A stretch of DNA of 64,000 nt. Source: Nitrospirota bacterium. GTDB taxonomy: Bacteria; Nitrospirota; UBA9217. The notes beneath the pieces are model-generated. The model did no database searches, had not been told where the DNA came from, and saw only the letters and a list, made by a program, of their open reading frames with translations. A program made the position numbers and the translations under genes. Shown here piece after piece: positions 20,186-30,270 of this stretch. How positions within the stretch are numbered: the first letter of the stretch is position 1; each line of letters begins with the position of its first letter. The stretch spans positions 64,001 to 128,000 of the forward strand of contig CAWIYV010000011.1 in NCBI GenBank assembly GCA_963840455.1, in the 5' to 3' direction.

Positions 20186-20311
20186 ATCTTGCGGGGCTCC
20201 CTATGATATCCGTTCTTCGCCATTTTTGTTGCAAATTGCAGCCACTTTTGTTCATCAATATGAAGTGTTTCACAATCAATAGATTATGCAACATAATGCT
20301 CAAAATAGCGC

Positions 20312-20340
20312 TTGATTTTTCATTTGATTGACACTATAAA
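20312..20340 (+). promoter_or_regulatory. sigma70-type promoter for yeeE-tusA with upstream IHF site
   Basis: TTGATT-17 nt-TATAAA; AATCAATAGATTA at 20274-20286 fits WATCAA-N4-TTR. Confidence 0.5.
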
Positions 20341-20509
20341 TACACATGTCGGATGCAATTCCTTTCATAAACTTACCTTCTTATCCCATTAAGAATACTT
20401 ATGGGCTTTTCCGTACGATCTCGCAAAATGAAAGGGGGGAGGCTGTCTCTTCATAAAACCGCACCGATACTCTCATCTTTCAACGCTATGTAAGGGGGGG
20501 AATAGTATT

Positions 20510-21928
20510 ATGGAAGAGAAAAAAAATCAGATCTGGGCCTTCGTAATAACAGGCTTGCTCGTTTTGATCAGCCTGATCTATTACAAGGCAAATGTATACT
20601 ATATGTACCTGGTAGTGTACATCTGGTTCGGCGTCGCGTACGGCATGATGCTTCAGTACGGCAGGTTCTGCTTCGCATCGGCGTCGCGCGACCTCTTTGC
20701 CGCCGGTGTCCCGCGCATGGCCGTCGGCATCCTCGTTGCGCTCATCTTCTTCAGCGTCATCCAGGCGACCCTCGCGGCGACCAATATGAGCACGTTCCAT
20801 CCCGCCCCGTTCGGGATTCACACGCTGATCTCGGGAGTCATCTTCGGCGTGGGCATGGTGCTTGCCGGGGGATGCGCTTCGGGCTCCCTGTACAAGATCG
20901 GCGAAGGCAACGGCACGTCGATCCTTTCCATTCTCGGCATCTCTTTCGGCCAGGCGATGTTCGTCGATGTCGGCGGCCCTTTCCTGAAGCTCGTACCGGA
21001 AGCGTGGAAGGTATCTACCGCGGCGAAGAACCTGCCTCCCGAGAAGGTCACGTCGTGGTTCGACTACTACCTCGCCGGCTACGTCTGGGACCAGCCCTCG
21101 ATCCAGCTCTCGCACACCAAGGTCATCGGCGGCGCCCTCCCAGGCGCGTCAAAGTACTTCATCGGAGACGCGCTCATCAGCGCGATCATTCCCGCCCTCG
21201 TGCTGATCGTGGTCATCTACGCCTTCTACATCCGAAAAGGCTTTTTGAAGAAGCTCTCAAAGCAGACGGGCAAACCGACCACCTTCGCTGACGAATTCTA
21301 CGGGATGTGGAGCATGCTGACCGCTTCCAAGCGGACCACCCTTATGGGCGTCATTATCGGCATCACTGCAGGCCTCCACATTTTCGTCATGAAGGGCATG
21401 CAGATCAAGTTCGGCGTCACGAATTTCGGAACGCTCCTTACCAAGATGGGCCATGCCGCGGACACCAGCATCCGGGGAACGGTCTTCGACCCGGGCTACT
21501 GGTATATCACGACCCAGGAAGGGCAGTTCGGCGGCTGGGTCCTGGACAAACTGGGATGGAACATGCGCGACAACGTGTTCTTCGGCGTCAACAACGGCAT
21601 ACCCGAACTCTGGCGCAACCCGGCGCTCTGGATGTCCATCGGCATCATCTTCGGCGCCATGATCATGTCACTCATGAGCAAGGAGTTCAAGTTCAAACTG
21701 CCCAAGGGCGAGTTGATCGTCTGGGGCCTCCTCGGAGGCACGCTGATGGGCCTGGGCTCCCGTCCAGCGCTCGGATGCAATATCGGCGCGTTTTTCATCC
21801 GCGTGGCGGGTGGCGACCCGAGCGGCTGGTTGTACGGCATCGGCATGGTAACGGGCGCCTTTGCCGGCGTCAAGTTCTTCAACTGGTGGTCAGAACGGAA
21901 AATGGCGGCGGAAATGGCGGATTTTTAA
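20510..21928 (+). CDS. yeeE: YeeE/YedE sulfur-compound (thiosulfate) transporter family, long form
   Basis: Three conserved Cys loops: GRFCFAS, LAGGCASG, ALGCNIG. Confidence 0.92.
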   Translation: MEEKKNQIWAFVITGLLVLISLIYYKANVYYMYLVVYIWFGVAYGMMLQYGRFCFASASRDLFAAGVPRMAVGILVALIFFSVIQATLAATNMSTFHPAPFGIHTLISGVIFGVGMVLAGGCASGSLYKIGEGNGTSILSILGISFGQAMFVDVGGPFLKLVPEAWKVSTAAKNLPPEKVTSWFDYYLAGYVWDQPSIQLSHTKVIGGALPGASKYFIGDALISAIIPALVLIVVIYAFYIRKGFLKKLSKQTGKPTTFADEFYGMWSMLTASKRTTLMGVIIGITAGLHIFVMKGMQIKFGVTNFGTLLTKMGHAADTSIRGTVFDPGYWYITTQEGQFGGWVLDKLGWNMRDNVFFGVNNGIPELWRNPALWMSIGIIFGAMIMSLMSKEFKFKLPKGELIVWGLLGGTLMGLGSRPALGCNIGAFFIRVAGGDPSGWLYGIGMVTGAFAGVKFFNWWSERKMAAEMADF

Positions 21929-21976
21929 CGGCGCCAGACCAATGACTAGATAACTATCCCAAGGAGGAAATGTATC

Positions 21977-22228
21977 ATGGCCATGAAATTCGAAAAAAAA
22001 GGTGAGGGGGTCTATTTGCTTGATGTGTGCGGCTACGTGTGTCCCCATCCGCAGATCTACTGCAAGAAGTCCCTGGAGAAGATCGGCGAGGGCGAGATAC
22101 TCGAGATGACCTTCGACAACCCATCGTCGGCGGAAACGATTCTGCAGATGCTCGACCAGGCGGGACACGAGCTGGTGGAAAAGAAGAACGAAGGCGGAAA
22201 AATCGTCTTCAAGATCAAGAAAGCCTGA
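21977..22228 (+). CDS. tusA: TusA/YeeD-family sulfur carrier
   Basis: LDVCGYVCPHP; adjacent to yeeE. Confidence 0.88.
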   Translation: MAMKFEKKGEGVYLLDVCGYVCPHPQIYCKKSLEKIGEGEILEMTFDNPSSAETILQMLDQAGHELVEKKNEGGKIVFKIKKA

Positions 22229-22260
22229 TCAGCTCCGTTATCCATTTCAGAGGAGGATAC

Positions 22261-22581
22261 ATGAAAGCACCTCTCATCATTCTCATCGCGATCATGGTCT
22301 GCATCATCGGCTTTCTGGTGGTCTACAGCCAGCAGCACGATACGATCGCGAAAGCTCCGCAGGGCCAGGCCGCCGCTGGCGGATACGGCACGGCACCTGC
22401 TTCAGGAGGGTACGGGACTGCCCCGGCGGCAGGCGGCTATGGATCTGCCCCGGCGGCAGGCGGCTATGGATCCGCTCCGGCAGCAGGGGGGTACGGTTCT
22501 GCTCCTGCTGCGGGTGGATACGGTTCGCCGGCCCCTAAGGCGGGCGGATACGGGGCTCCGGTTGCAGGTGTTCACAAGTAG
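22261..22581 (+). CDS. Membrane-anchored Gly/Tyr/Ala/Pro repeat protein (7x GGYG)
   Basis: GAGGAGG RBS; N-terminal TM; GGYG[TS]APA[AS] units. Confidence 0.85.
   Translation: MKAPLIILIAIMVCIIGFLVVYSQQHDTIAKAPQGQAAAGGYGTAPASGGYGTAPAAGGYGSAPAAGGYGSAPAAGGYGSAPAAGGYGSPAPKAGGYGAPVAGVHK
22378..22557 (+). repeat. Coding 27-bp tandem repeat
   Basis: Seven GGYG units with synonymous codon variation. Confidence 0.85.
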
Positions 22582-22757
22582 TGCTCCGATGGCCGACACG
22601 GAACTGCTCTCGGAACATCAATCGTGGTACATCGATCATGTGGGGTCACCTCAGGCGACCCGCCATGGCGGGATTTGATAACGAGACACCCCATCCTGCC
22701 CGAGTTCCGGACGGCCGTTAGGTCAGTTCGGGGTCGGCGGCGACATTTGGAGAGACC

Positions 22758-23219
22758 ATGAACAGGATACTCATCGCGATAGACGATACGAAAGGTACGA
22801 AAAAGGCATTTTCAACGTACAGTAATTTTTGCGCCTGCATGCAACCGAAATCCATTGTGCTGGTCTATGTTGAAAAGTTCGAAGGTAAATCCTTGATCGA
22901 CGAAATGCTTGGCGACGCTGAACTGTCCACCCTCAGAGACGTACTCAAGGGCAGTGAGTATCAGCAGGCATTGGACAAAAAGGCAAAGGCGATCCTCACC
23001 TATTACCAGAAGGCGCTTGCGAAGAAAGGCCTGACGGGTATCAAGACCATCATCAGGAAGGGACACCCTGCCGAAGAAATCCTGAATGCGGCAAAAGACG
23101 TAAAGGCCGATCTGATCGTGATCGGGTCCCGTGGTAAAAGGACAACGCACCTCTTCATGGGGAGCGTCAGCAGAGAGGTCGTCGACGGCGCCGAGATCCC
23201 TGTCCTGATCGTGAAGTAG
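22758..23219 (+). CDS. Universal stress protein
   Basis: RILIAIDD, GHPAEEIL, IVIGSRG..MGSVS, IPVLIVK. Confidence 0.92.
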   Translation: MNRILIAIDDTKGTKKAFSTYSNFCACMQPKSIVLVYVEKFEGKSLIDEMLGDAELSTLRDVLKGSEYQQALDKKAKAILTYYQKALAKKGLTGIKTIIRKGHPAEEILNAAKDVKADLIVIGSRGKRTTHLFMGSVSREVVDGAEIPVLIVK

Positions 23220-23421
23220 CGCCGAGTTAACTCTGAATAAGCGCTGAATGCCTCTCCGCAGCAGCCGGGCTTGGCCCGGTGCTGCGGAGAGCAAGTACCG
23301 GCCGTCTGGGGAGGCGGTCGCCGCCGGTGTTCTTGTTGTTGGTTCTTTCCCGCAGGTGCAGGATACACCCATCGGCAGGCCCCCCGCATGTCCCTTTCCA
23401 TCAACATCTTCGGGTGATCGA

Positions 23422-24840
23422 TTGAGCAGATCAGCAAAAGATATTATCATATTGGGCGGGGGGCTTGCGGGTCTCTCTGCGGGACAGGCCCTGACGAATG
23501 CGGGATTCGGCGTTCAGGTGTTCGAACGCGATGCCGTTGTAGGGGGCCTCTCGAAGACCATTGAGCGGAACGGTTTTCGTTTCGACCTTGGCGGCCATCG
23601 TTTTTTCACGACCGATGCGGTGGTTGACGGATGCGTCAGGGATCTTCTGGGGGACGAGCTCGTAACCGTCGCCCGCAGCAGCAAGATCCACATGCGGGGC
23701 AAGTTTTTTGACTATCCGCTGAAGCCACTCAACGCCATGTTCGGCCTCGGCGTATCCACCACGGCGAGGATCATCGCCGACTATCTGAGCGAGTCGGCCA
23801 GGCGGACGGTCCGAAAGGACGAGATCAATTCGCTCGAGGACTGGGTGGTCGTCAATTTCGGCCGGACCATGTTCGACATCTATTTCAAGGAGTACAGTGA
23901 GAAGGTCTGGGGCATCGGGTGCGACCGTATCAGCGCTGCGTGGGTCGCCCAGCGCATCAAGGGGCTCTCTCTGGGAAAGGCGATCCAGAATGCCTTCTTC
24001 AAGTTCAGCGGCCGCGGCCTCGCCACCCTCACGGACACGTTCCTCTATCCGTCACTCGGCATCGGCAGGATCGCCGACCGGCTGCGCGAAGAGATCGAGG
24101 TCCGGAACGATGTCGTGACAGACGCCGATGTACTGCACGTCAACCATGCCGGTGGGCGCATCACGGACATCCGCATCAGGCACCGGGGAAGGGTCCGGCG
24201 GATCGCCGGCGACGAATTCGTTTCCAGCATCCCGCTCACCAGGCTGGTCAACCTCCTCCATCCGGAGCCGCCGTTCGCCGTGCGCGAGGCAGCGGCACAG
24301 CTCAAGTTCCGGGACTTGGTCGTCGTTGCGGTCATGGTGGACCGGGAGCAGGTCACTGATCAGACCTGGATCTATATCCCGGAGCGGCATATCCCGTTCG
24401 GCAGGATACACGAACCGACGAACTGGAGCCGGGCGATGGCGCCTGCCGGCAAATCGCTCCTCGTCATGGAGTATTTCAGTTACCGCGGTGATGCTGTCTG
24501 GTCCATGGACGAGCAGGTGCTCGCGGACCTCACGATCGATCATTTAGCGAAACTCGGCTTCCTGAGCCGGGAGGAAGTGATCGATACCATGGTTGTCCGC
24601 GTTCCCAAGGCTTACCCGCTGTTCGAGATCGGCTATCGGGACCGTGTCGAGGCCCTGCTGTCCTTTTTTGACGAGTTCGAGAACCTCGAGATAACGGGCC
24701 GGAGCGGTATGTTCCGCTACTATAACATGGACGCGGCACTGCGGTCGGGCATGGACGCGGCCGAGCGTATCGTCCGGAAGACCGCGCATGCCGTTGCCAT
24801 CGACGAGAAAGAACCGGTCCTCGCGGAAATAATCTCCTGA
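23422..24840 (+). CDS. FAD-dependent oxidoreductase (protoporphyrinogen oxidase / UDP-galactopyranose mutase-like)
   Basis: GGGLAGL, FDLGGHRFF, GRSGMFRYYNMD; start uncertain (TTG at 23422). Confidence 0.85.
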   Translation: MSRSAKDIIILGGGLAGLSAGQALTNAGFGVQVFERDAVVGGLSKTIERNGFRFDLGGHRFFTTDAVVDGCVRDLLGDELVTVARSSKIHMRGKFFDYPLKPLNAMFGLGVSTTARIIADYLSESARRTVRKDEINSLEDWVVVNFGRTMFDIYFKEYSEKVWGIGCDRISAAWVAQRIKGLSLGKAIQNAFFKFSGRGLATLTDTFLYPSLGIGRIADRLREEIEVRNDVVTDADVLHVNHAGGRITDIRIRHRGRVRRIAGDEFVSSIPLTRLVNLLHPEPPFAVREAAAQLKFRDLVVVAVMVDREQVTDQTWIYIPERHIPFGRIHEPTNWSRAMAPAGKSLLVMEYFSYRGDAVWSMDEQVLADLTIDHLAKLGFLSREEVIDTMVVRVPKAYPLFEIGYRDRVEALLSFFDEFENLEITGRSGMFRYYNMDAALRSGMDAAERIVRKTAHAVAIDEKEPVLAEIIS

Positions 24841-24841
24841 T

Positions 24842-26302
24842 ATGAAGTGCGCCCTCATTATTCCTTCCTGGGTCCCCGACGAGATCTTTTCTTCCCGAAC
24901 AGCAGGCTCCCAGATCAACTACTGGCAGCCAGTCGGCACCCTATCCGTTGCAGCCGTGCTTCGGAGGGCCGGCCATGATGTCCGGTTCATCAACGGAGCG
25001 TTCCTGACCCACGAACAGGTGCTCGACGAGGTGCGGCGGTTCCAGCCGCGCTTGATCGGTCTTTATGCAACAACGTTCGGCTGGGACAAGGCGAAAAAGA
25101 CCGCCGCAGACCTCAGGTCGATGTGCCGCCGGGACTGTTTCATCTGCGCAGGAGGCCCCTATCCCATCGCGGTGCAGGACCAGTGCCTGTCCGATGCCGG
25201 CACCGACATCGATGCCATCGTCACCGGGGAGGGTGAATACACGGTGCTCGAGATCGTCGAGCGTCTGGAGGCGGGTAGGGGCCTGCAGGGGGTGCAGGGG
25301 ACCGTGTACCGCGACAGCGGCCGGATCGTCGCCAATCCACCGCGGCCGCTCATCACGGACCTCGACGCGCTTCCGTTTCCTGCGCGCGAGCTCCTGGGGG
25401 ATGCGGACCGGTACATCCCCCCTCCGGGCACCTACCGAAGGCGGCCGGTCGCGGTCATGATCACCTCGCGCGGGTGCAACCGTCACTGCATCTATTGCTT
25501 CCAGCTGGACAAGACGAGAAAGAGCGGGATCCGGTACCGGAGCGTTGAGAACGTCCTTGAGGAGATCGAGCTCCTGGTCAGGCAGGGGTACCGGGAGATC
25601 AAGTTCCTCGATGACACCTTTGCCGCTGATTACGGACGGGCAATGCGGATCGCCGAGGAGATGAAGCGCAGGCGTCTTCCTGTGGTTTGGTTCGCATCGG
25701 CATGCGTCAATCAGGTGGACCGGCCCCTTCTCAAGGCCTTCCATGAAGCGGGATGCTGGGCAGTACTGTTCGGTGCGGAGAGCGGAGTACAGAGGAACCT
25801 CGATACGATAAGAAAAGGGATCACGCTGGAGCAGGTCCGGAGCGCCGTTCATACCGCTCAGGACGTCGGCCTCAAGGTCAGCACGCCGTTCCTGTTCGGG
25901 ATCCCGGGCGAGACGTTCGAAGAGGGCCTTAAGACCATCGAGTTCGCAGTCAGGCTCAACCCCGACATGGCGAACTTTCACGCCATTACTCCCTTTCCCG
26001 GCACCTTTCTCTACGACAATCTGGAGCAGTACGGGACCATCTCCGAGGACCTGTCGGACTTCACCTATCAGGGGGCTGCGTTCATTCCGAGGACCATGAG
26101 CCGTGACGATATCCAGAGGCTCCGGCAGATCGCTTTCCGGAGATTTTATCTCAGGCCGTCCTTCATGATCAGGAAGCTGCTTGATCTGCATTCTCTGAAT
26201 GATGTCAAGGTCGCGATGAAAAGCGCGAAAAGCATTTTCTGGCTCGCGCTCAAACTGGACCTCTTCAGCAGACACCGGAGGCATCTGCCCATATCCCGGT
26301 AG
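24842..26302 (+). CDS. B12-binding radical SAM protein
   Basis: N-terminal B12-binding domain (GGPYP, GEGE); SRGCNRHCIYC; GAESG; PFPGT. Confidence 0.92.
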   Translation: MKCALIIPSWVPDEIFSSRTAGSQINYWQPVGTLSVAAVLRRAGHDVRFINGAFLTHEQVLDEVRRFQPRLIGLYATTFGWDKAKKTAADLRSMCRRDCFICAGGPYPIAVQDQCLSDAGTDIDAIVTGEGEYTVLEIVERLEAGRGLQGVQGTVYRDSGRIVANPPRPLITDLDALPFPARELLGDADRYIPPPGTYRRRPVAVMITSRGCNRHCIYCFQLDKTRKSGIRYRSVENVLEEIELLVRQGYREIKFLDDTFAADYGRAMRIAEEMKRRRLPVVWFASACVNQVDRPLLKAFHEAGCWAVLFGAESGVQRNLDTIRKGITLEQVRSAVHTAQDVGLKVSTPFLFGIPGETFEEGLKTIEFAVRLNPDMANFHAITPFPGTFLYDNLEQYGTISEDLSDFTYQGAAFIPRTMSRDDIQRLRQIAFRRFYLRPSFMIRKLLDLHSLNDVKVAMKSAKSIFWLALKLDLFSRHRRHLPISR

Positions 26303-26614
26303 CCTGTGGCCCACTCTACCGGTACCTTTCCCGTCTCTCGGTCCGCTCGGCAAGGGAGAACACTCCTCCGGTCAGTGCAGCGAGCGGCGCGAAGATTTCC
26401 CAGTGACTGACGCCTAAAAGACTTTGCGGCGTGGCCGCTCCCCGATCCGAGACGGTATCAAATACCTCAAGGTCCATGATCACGCACCGCAAACAGGAGC
26501 GAACCCGCGACTATGCCGAGCATCATTATTTCAGCCTTGTCAAGCTACCTGTTGATGTATTATAGTTACACTACCCTGGGTCATCCGAGCGGCTCCGGGA
26601 ATTACGGTGATCCT

Positions 26615-27061
26615 ATGAATTCAGACAGCGATAAGACGATTCCCCTGAAGAGGTTTTTTTTCGCCGTGATTCGGCGGCCCCTCTTCTTCATAGTCATAAA
26701 CTTTTTTCTCGTAAATACGCTTTTCTCCCTCCTGCCCTACGATCTCGGGGATATCGTCTATACGACCGGCAGGATCGCCATTATCTTCTATGCGGGGTGG
26801 CTCGTTATCAGGAGGAATATCGGCGGTCTCTGGCAGTCGGCTCTGGTCGGAATGGCCATGTACTTTGTCGATCATGTGGCATTGAAAGGGGGCGTTTTTC
26901 TCCTGAATTATATCTTCAATCCCGAGGGAATGGGACTTGCGGCGTTCGGCAGCGTCATCTTCTCCTTCATCCTGTTCATCCCCCTGGCGATGCTTGTCGG
27001 GGCAACAGGCGGTCTCGCCGCACGTTCCCGGGGCAGAAAATCGGCATTTGATGATCGATGA
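26615..27061 (+). CDS. Hypothetical four-TM membrane protein
   Basis: Hydrophobic segments; start uncertain. Confidence 0.65.
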   Translation: MNSDSDKTIPLKRFFFAVIRRPLFFIVINFFLVNTLFSLLPYDLGDIVYTTGRIAIIFYAGWLVIRRNIGGLWQSALVGMAMYFVDHVALKGGVFLLNYIFNPEGMGLAAFGSVIFSFILFIPLAMLVGATGGLAARSRGRKSAFDDR

Positions 27062-27347
27062 GGATTTCGCTGGCCAGGCGTGGCGAAGCAGTGAAATTGG
27101 CGGGCGTGGGCAGGACCGGAATGAGCCCATGGGCAGGCGAAGAACGGATAAAGCGCATTGACCCGAGACCGCAGGGCCTCGATCGCGATGGGCCTTACCG
27201 TGAACCGTGGATATGCGTTCCGCTGTCGCCACGACGCGGACAGCATGCGCTCCCTGGTCGATTGCTGAGGCACCGGTTCGGACCGGGCGGCAAAAAGCGG
27301 TAGCATCCGGGGTATCGCCGGATGAATGGAGAGGAGGAACGGCAGTA

Positions 27348-27952
27348 TGAAGCAGCACGACACCAGGGGCAAGGTCGGACACGATGGAACGGTCACCCCT
27401 ATGCCGGAACAGAGCGTCATGCCTGCGTTCCTCTCTCAGCGCCCCTTGCACGGTGACCAGCCGCTGTTCATCCACTTCAGTTCTACGCCCCTCTTCAGGC
27501 TCGAAAATGCTCCCGCTACCTATGCCCATCTTCTGAGAAAAAAGGACCTGATACACATCGGCCCGATCGTCAACTACTTTATCAGCGGTTCAGGCCATGT
27601 TGTATATCTGGGGGGTGAGGCCGTCAAAAATCTCTATTTTTACGGCAAACGGAAATACAAATCGCTCAACATGCTGGCCATTTTGACCGTCAGGGATGTC
27701 GAGAGATATTCGTGCATCCTGAACAACATCATTTCTTCGAATGACGGCGCTTTCTCGATGGGATGGAAATTCCTGGTCAGGAAGAACAGGAGCGATGGAT
27801 GCTTCAAGGACATTGCTGATGCGCGTTATATCATAGAAGCGAGGCTGGAGGGTCCGGAGAAACTTCTGTATCCTTTCCGGCCGGCCGCGATCGAACTGGA
27901 CCTCACGACCGAGCATCGGTTTTTACACGCCTTTGGTGTTGAAATACCATAG
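27348..27952 (+). CDS. Hypothetical protein
   Basis: Protein-like ORF with GAGGAGG upstream; weak nucleotidyltransferase-like segment. Confidence 0.55.
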
Positions 27953-27990
27953 CGGCCCGCTGCCTGACCGACCACAACGGAAGAAGGACG

Positions 27991-28028
27991 AAAAAAGGAC
28001 GGCTCCTTGCTGCTGCGGGAGCCGTCCC
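27991..28028. terminator. Terminator between convergent genes
   Basis: aaaaaa-ggacggctcc..gggagccgtcc. Confidence 0.75.
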
Positions 28029-28049
28029 TCTTATTGGGGGCTGGAGCAA

Positions 28050-29147
28050 TTAATCCTGCATCGGCCTGATCAGTTTGAAGTAGACCATCGTCCAGTTGCC
28101 GAGGATGATGGACGTGATCGCCACGAGGCTCGATACAGCCATTGTGGACATGCCGGTGACGCCGTGGCCGAGGTTGCAGCCGCCGGCGATGACCGCGCCG
28201 ATGCCCATTAGGATGCTGCCGAAGAACACCGTCAGGAACTCCGCCGCCGGTGGGATCTTCCACTTGAACTCCTTGAGGGCCACCGCGCTCAACCAAGCGC
28301 CGAACGGCACGGAGAGGATGAAGAACATGCCCCATGATCCGCGGAAGATGCCGAGGAAGCTGAACTCAGGAAAGTTCGAGTGCGTGCTCTTGGTCAGGAG
28401 CACGCTGAAGAACTCCCGGATCGGCCCGCTAACAGCCATGCCCCGCGGCGCTCCGCCGAAATAGGATGAGACCCACCACGATGCGATGGTCAGTACACCG
28501 ATCAAGATGCCCGTTGTGCCCCAGGCAAAGCCCTTCGATTTCGACTTGAACTCCGGCTTGCCTGCGAACACAAAGGTCAGTACGCCGACGGCGAAGATCG
28601 CGATCGTGAGCCATTTGAGCGCTGGGCCTCCTCCAAAGAGGTCCCAGATGGCGGGGCTCGAGGTGCCGTTGATCTCGACCTTGAAACCCTTGAGATAATT
28701 ATTGATCGGGCTCAGCAGACCGTCCGCGGTCATCACGGCGCCGAAGAAGAACCCGAGGATGGCGATAAGGGCGGACAGCTGGCCCTCGCCGATACGATAG
28801 ACGATGCCGCTGGCGCACCCTCCGGCGAGAACGATCCCGAGGCCGAAGAGAAACCCGCCGAAGATGTTCGCCACCGGAACAAAGCTCTGACGAAGGAGCG
28901 CCACGGTCTCAAGGTTCCCAGTATCGGGATTGATCACCTGGAGAAGACCCATGTCCTCTAACAGGTTTGATCCGATGATTGCCACGACCAGGGCGAAGAG
29001 ATAGGAGCGGAAGAGCGTCAGGTCCTTCATGAAGATGATGTCGCGGAACGCAGAGTTCAGACAAAAACGACCCCTCTGCAGAATATAGCCGAGGGCAAGA
29101 CCGGCCAAAATTGCGGTCCCAAAAGAGATGATGCTACTATGCAGCAT
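28050..29147 (-). CDS. yeeE: Second YeeE/YedE family transporter
   Basis: RGRFCLNSAFRD, LAGGCASG, AGGCNLGH. Confidence 0.92.
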   Translation of the reverse strand: MLHSSIISFGTAILAGLALGYILQRGRFCLNSAFRDIIFMKDLTLFRSYLFALVVAIIGSNLLEDMGLLQVINPDTGNLETVALLRQSFVPVANIFGGFLFGLGIVLAGGCASGIVYRIGEGQLSALIAILGFFFGAVMTADGLLSPINNYLKGFKVEINGTSSPAIWDLFGGGPALKWLTIAIFAVGVLTFVFAGKPEFKSKSKGFAWGTTGILIGVLTIASWWVSSYFGGAPRGMAVSGPIREFFSVLLTKSTHSNFPEFSFLGIFRGSWGMFFILSVPFGAWLSAVALKEFKWKIPPAAEFLTVFFGSILMGIGAVIAGGCNLGHGVTGMSTMAVSSLVAITSIILGNWTMVYFKLIRPMQD

Positions 29148-29625
29148 AAGTTTTTCTCTCCTTCCAGTCTACTGTGTGGGATTTTTCACTTCTCGATCTC
29201 TTCGCGACAAGAACGGGCACGCTCGTGCTCCGCTCGACTGCCTTGAAAACGCAACCCCTTACGAACGGTCGAAACAGGGAAAAACCGTCGTCGGCAATGA
29301 TGATCAGATCCACCCTTTCTTCCCGGGCGAGGTTCAGTATCTCCTCGGACGGATCACCCTCCCTGAGGACGGTCTTGACCTTCACCGTGCCGGCTTTCTC
29401 AAGTTCCTTCTCGTAGAAACCAAGGATCCGGTCGGACCCCTCGTCCCGCGCTTGATCACGCCCGGGATGCCGCTGCTCACTCACGTCTCGTAATGCTGTC
29501 CTGTCCGCGGGCCGCCGTACGTGGACCAATACAACGCTCTCCGGTTCCCGAACCATGGCCCTGTGCACGGAAAGAACGGATTTCGCCCCTCCTGTCTCGT
29601 CCACAACCATGAGGACCTTCTTCAT
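29137..29625 (-). CDS. Universal stress protein
   Basis: KKVLMVVDE, GDPSEEIL, VPVLVAK. Confidence 0.85.
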   Translation of the reverse strand: MKKVLMVVDETGGAKSVLSVHRAMVREPESVVLVHVRRPADRTALRDVSEQRHPGRDQARDEGSDRILGFYEKELEKAGTVKVKTVLREGDPSEEILNLAREERVDLIIIADDGFSLFRPFVRGCVFKAVERSTSVPVLVAKRSRSEKSHTVDWKERKTYAA

Positions 29626-29648
29626 CCCCCCTCCTGAAGAAAAAAGTA

Positions 29649-29685
29649 CTATGACGGGCGAGATAACATACCTCGCCCGTCATAG
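29649..29685 (-). terminator. Intra-operon hairpin terminator
   Basis: ctatgacgggcgag..ctcgcccgtcatag perfect 14-bp stem, then a minus-strand T tract. Confidence 0.7.
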
Positions 29686-29712
29686 GAACGACTCAAAAAA
29701 CTGCCGAATTGA

Positions 29713-30228
29713 TTACTTCAAACCCACGGCCGCTGCCGCAGTCCAGGCAAATTTCTCTTCCGAAGAGGGATCCTTCGCAACGAGGACCGGGACCGGGGCA
29801 TACTTCTCGATATCCTTGCTGATGGATCCGGTAACCATTCTCTGCATGAAGGTTTTTCCGTTGTACCCTGTAACAATAAGGTCCACACCCTCTTCCTGGG
29901 CGACCTTCAGGATTTCCTCGGAGGTAATGCCGTCCCTGATGATTGCCTTCACACTGACCAGCCCGCCGTTCTCCAGCTCCTTCCGGTAGAAGTTCAGTAT
30001 CTTTTCCGATTTCCGGTCCAGGCTCTCTTTATATTCCGTTCCCTTCAAAGCTTCGCGAAGCGTGTTCAGCTCAGCCTCTCCGAGCATGTCGATCATCATG
30101 GACTTCCCCTCGAGCTGCTGCACATGGACCAGCACCACGCTCTCCGGAGGACGCACCATGTTCTGGAATACCGACAGAACCGCTTTTGAACCCTCTGTCT
30201 CGTCTACTGCGATCAAAACCTTCTTCAT
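29713..30228 (-). CDS. Universal stress protein
   Basis: KKVLIAVDE, VTGSIS, VPVLVAK. Confidence 0.9.
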   Translation of the reverse strand: MKKVLIAVDETEGSKAVLSVFQNMVRPPESVVLVHVQQLEGKSMMIDMLGEAELNTLREALKGTEYKESLDRKSEKILNFYRKELENGGLVSVKAIIRDGITSEEILKVAQEEGVDLIVTGYNGKTFMQRMVTGSISKDIEKYAPVPVLVAKDPSSEEKFAWTAAAAVGLK

Positions 30229-30270
30229 AACTACCTCCTTGTTTGTGGGGCGATTAACCCGTATAATATG

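Noticed and set aside
22027-22260. Extended start of the GGYG ORF
   Set aside because: Overlaps tusA; a strong RBS precedes ATG 22261
22378-22557. CRISPR-like array
   Set aside because: 27-bp coding tandem repeat with no unique spacers and no cas genes
24941-26353. 470-aa antisense ORF
   Set aside because: Shadow of the radical SAM gene in GC-rich DNA
26330-26460. Cobalamin riboswitch near the B12 radical SAM gene
   Set aside because: Only a cactgggaa fragment; wrong position and core elements missing
7445-29147. Selenocysteine read-through in TusA, DsrE, rhodanese or YeeE
   Set aside because: All catalytic positions are ordinary Cys codons and the ORFs are full length
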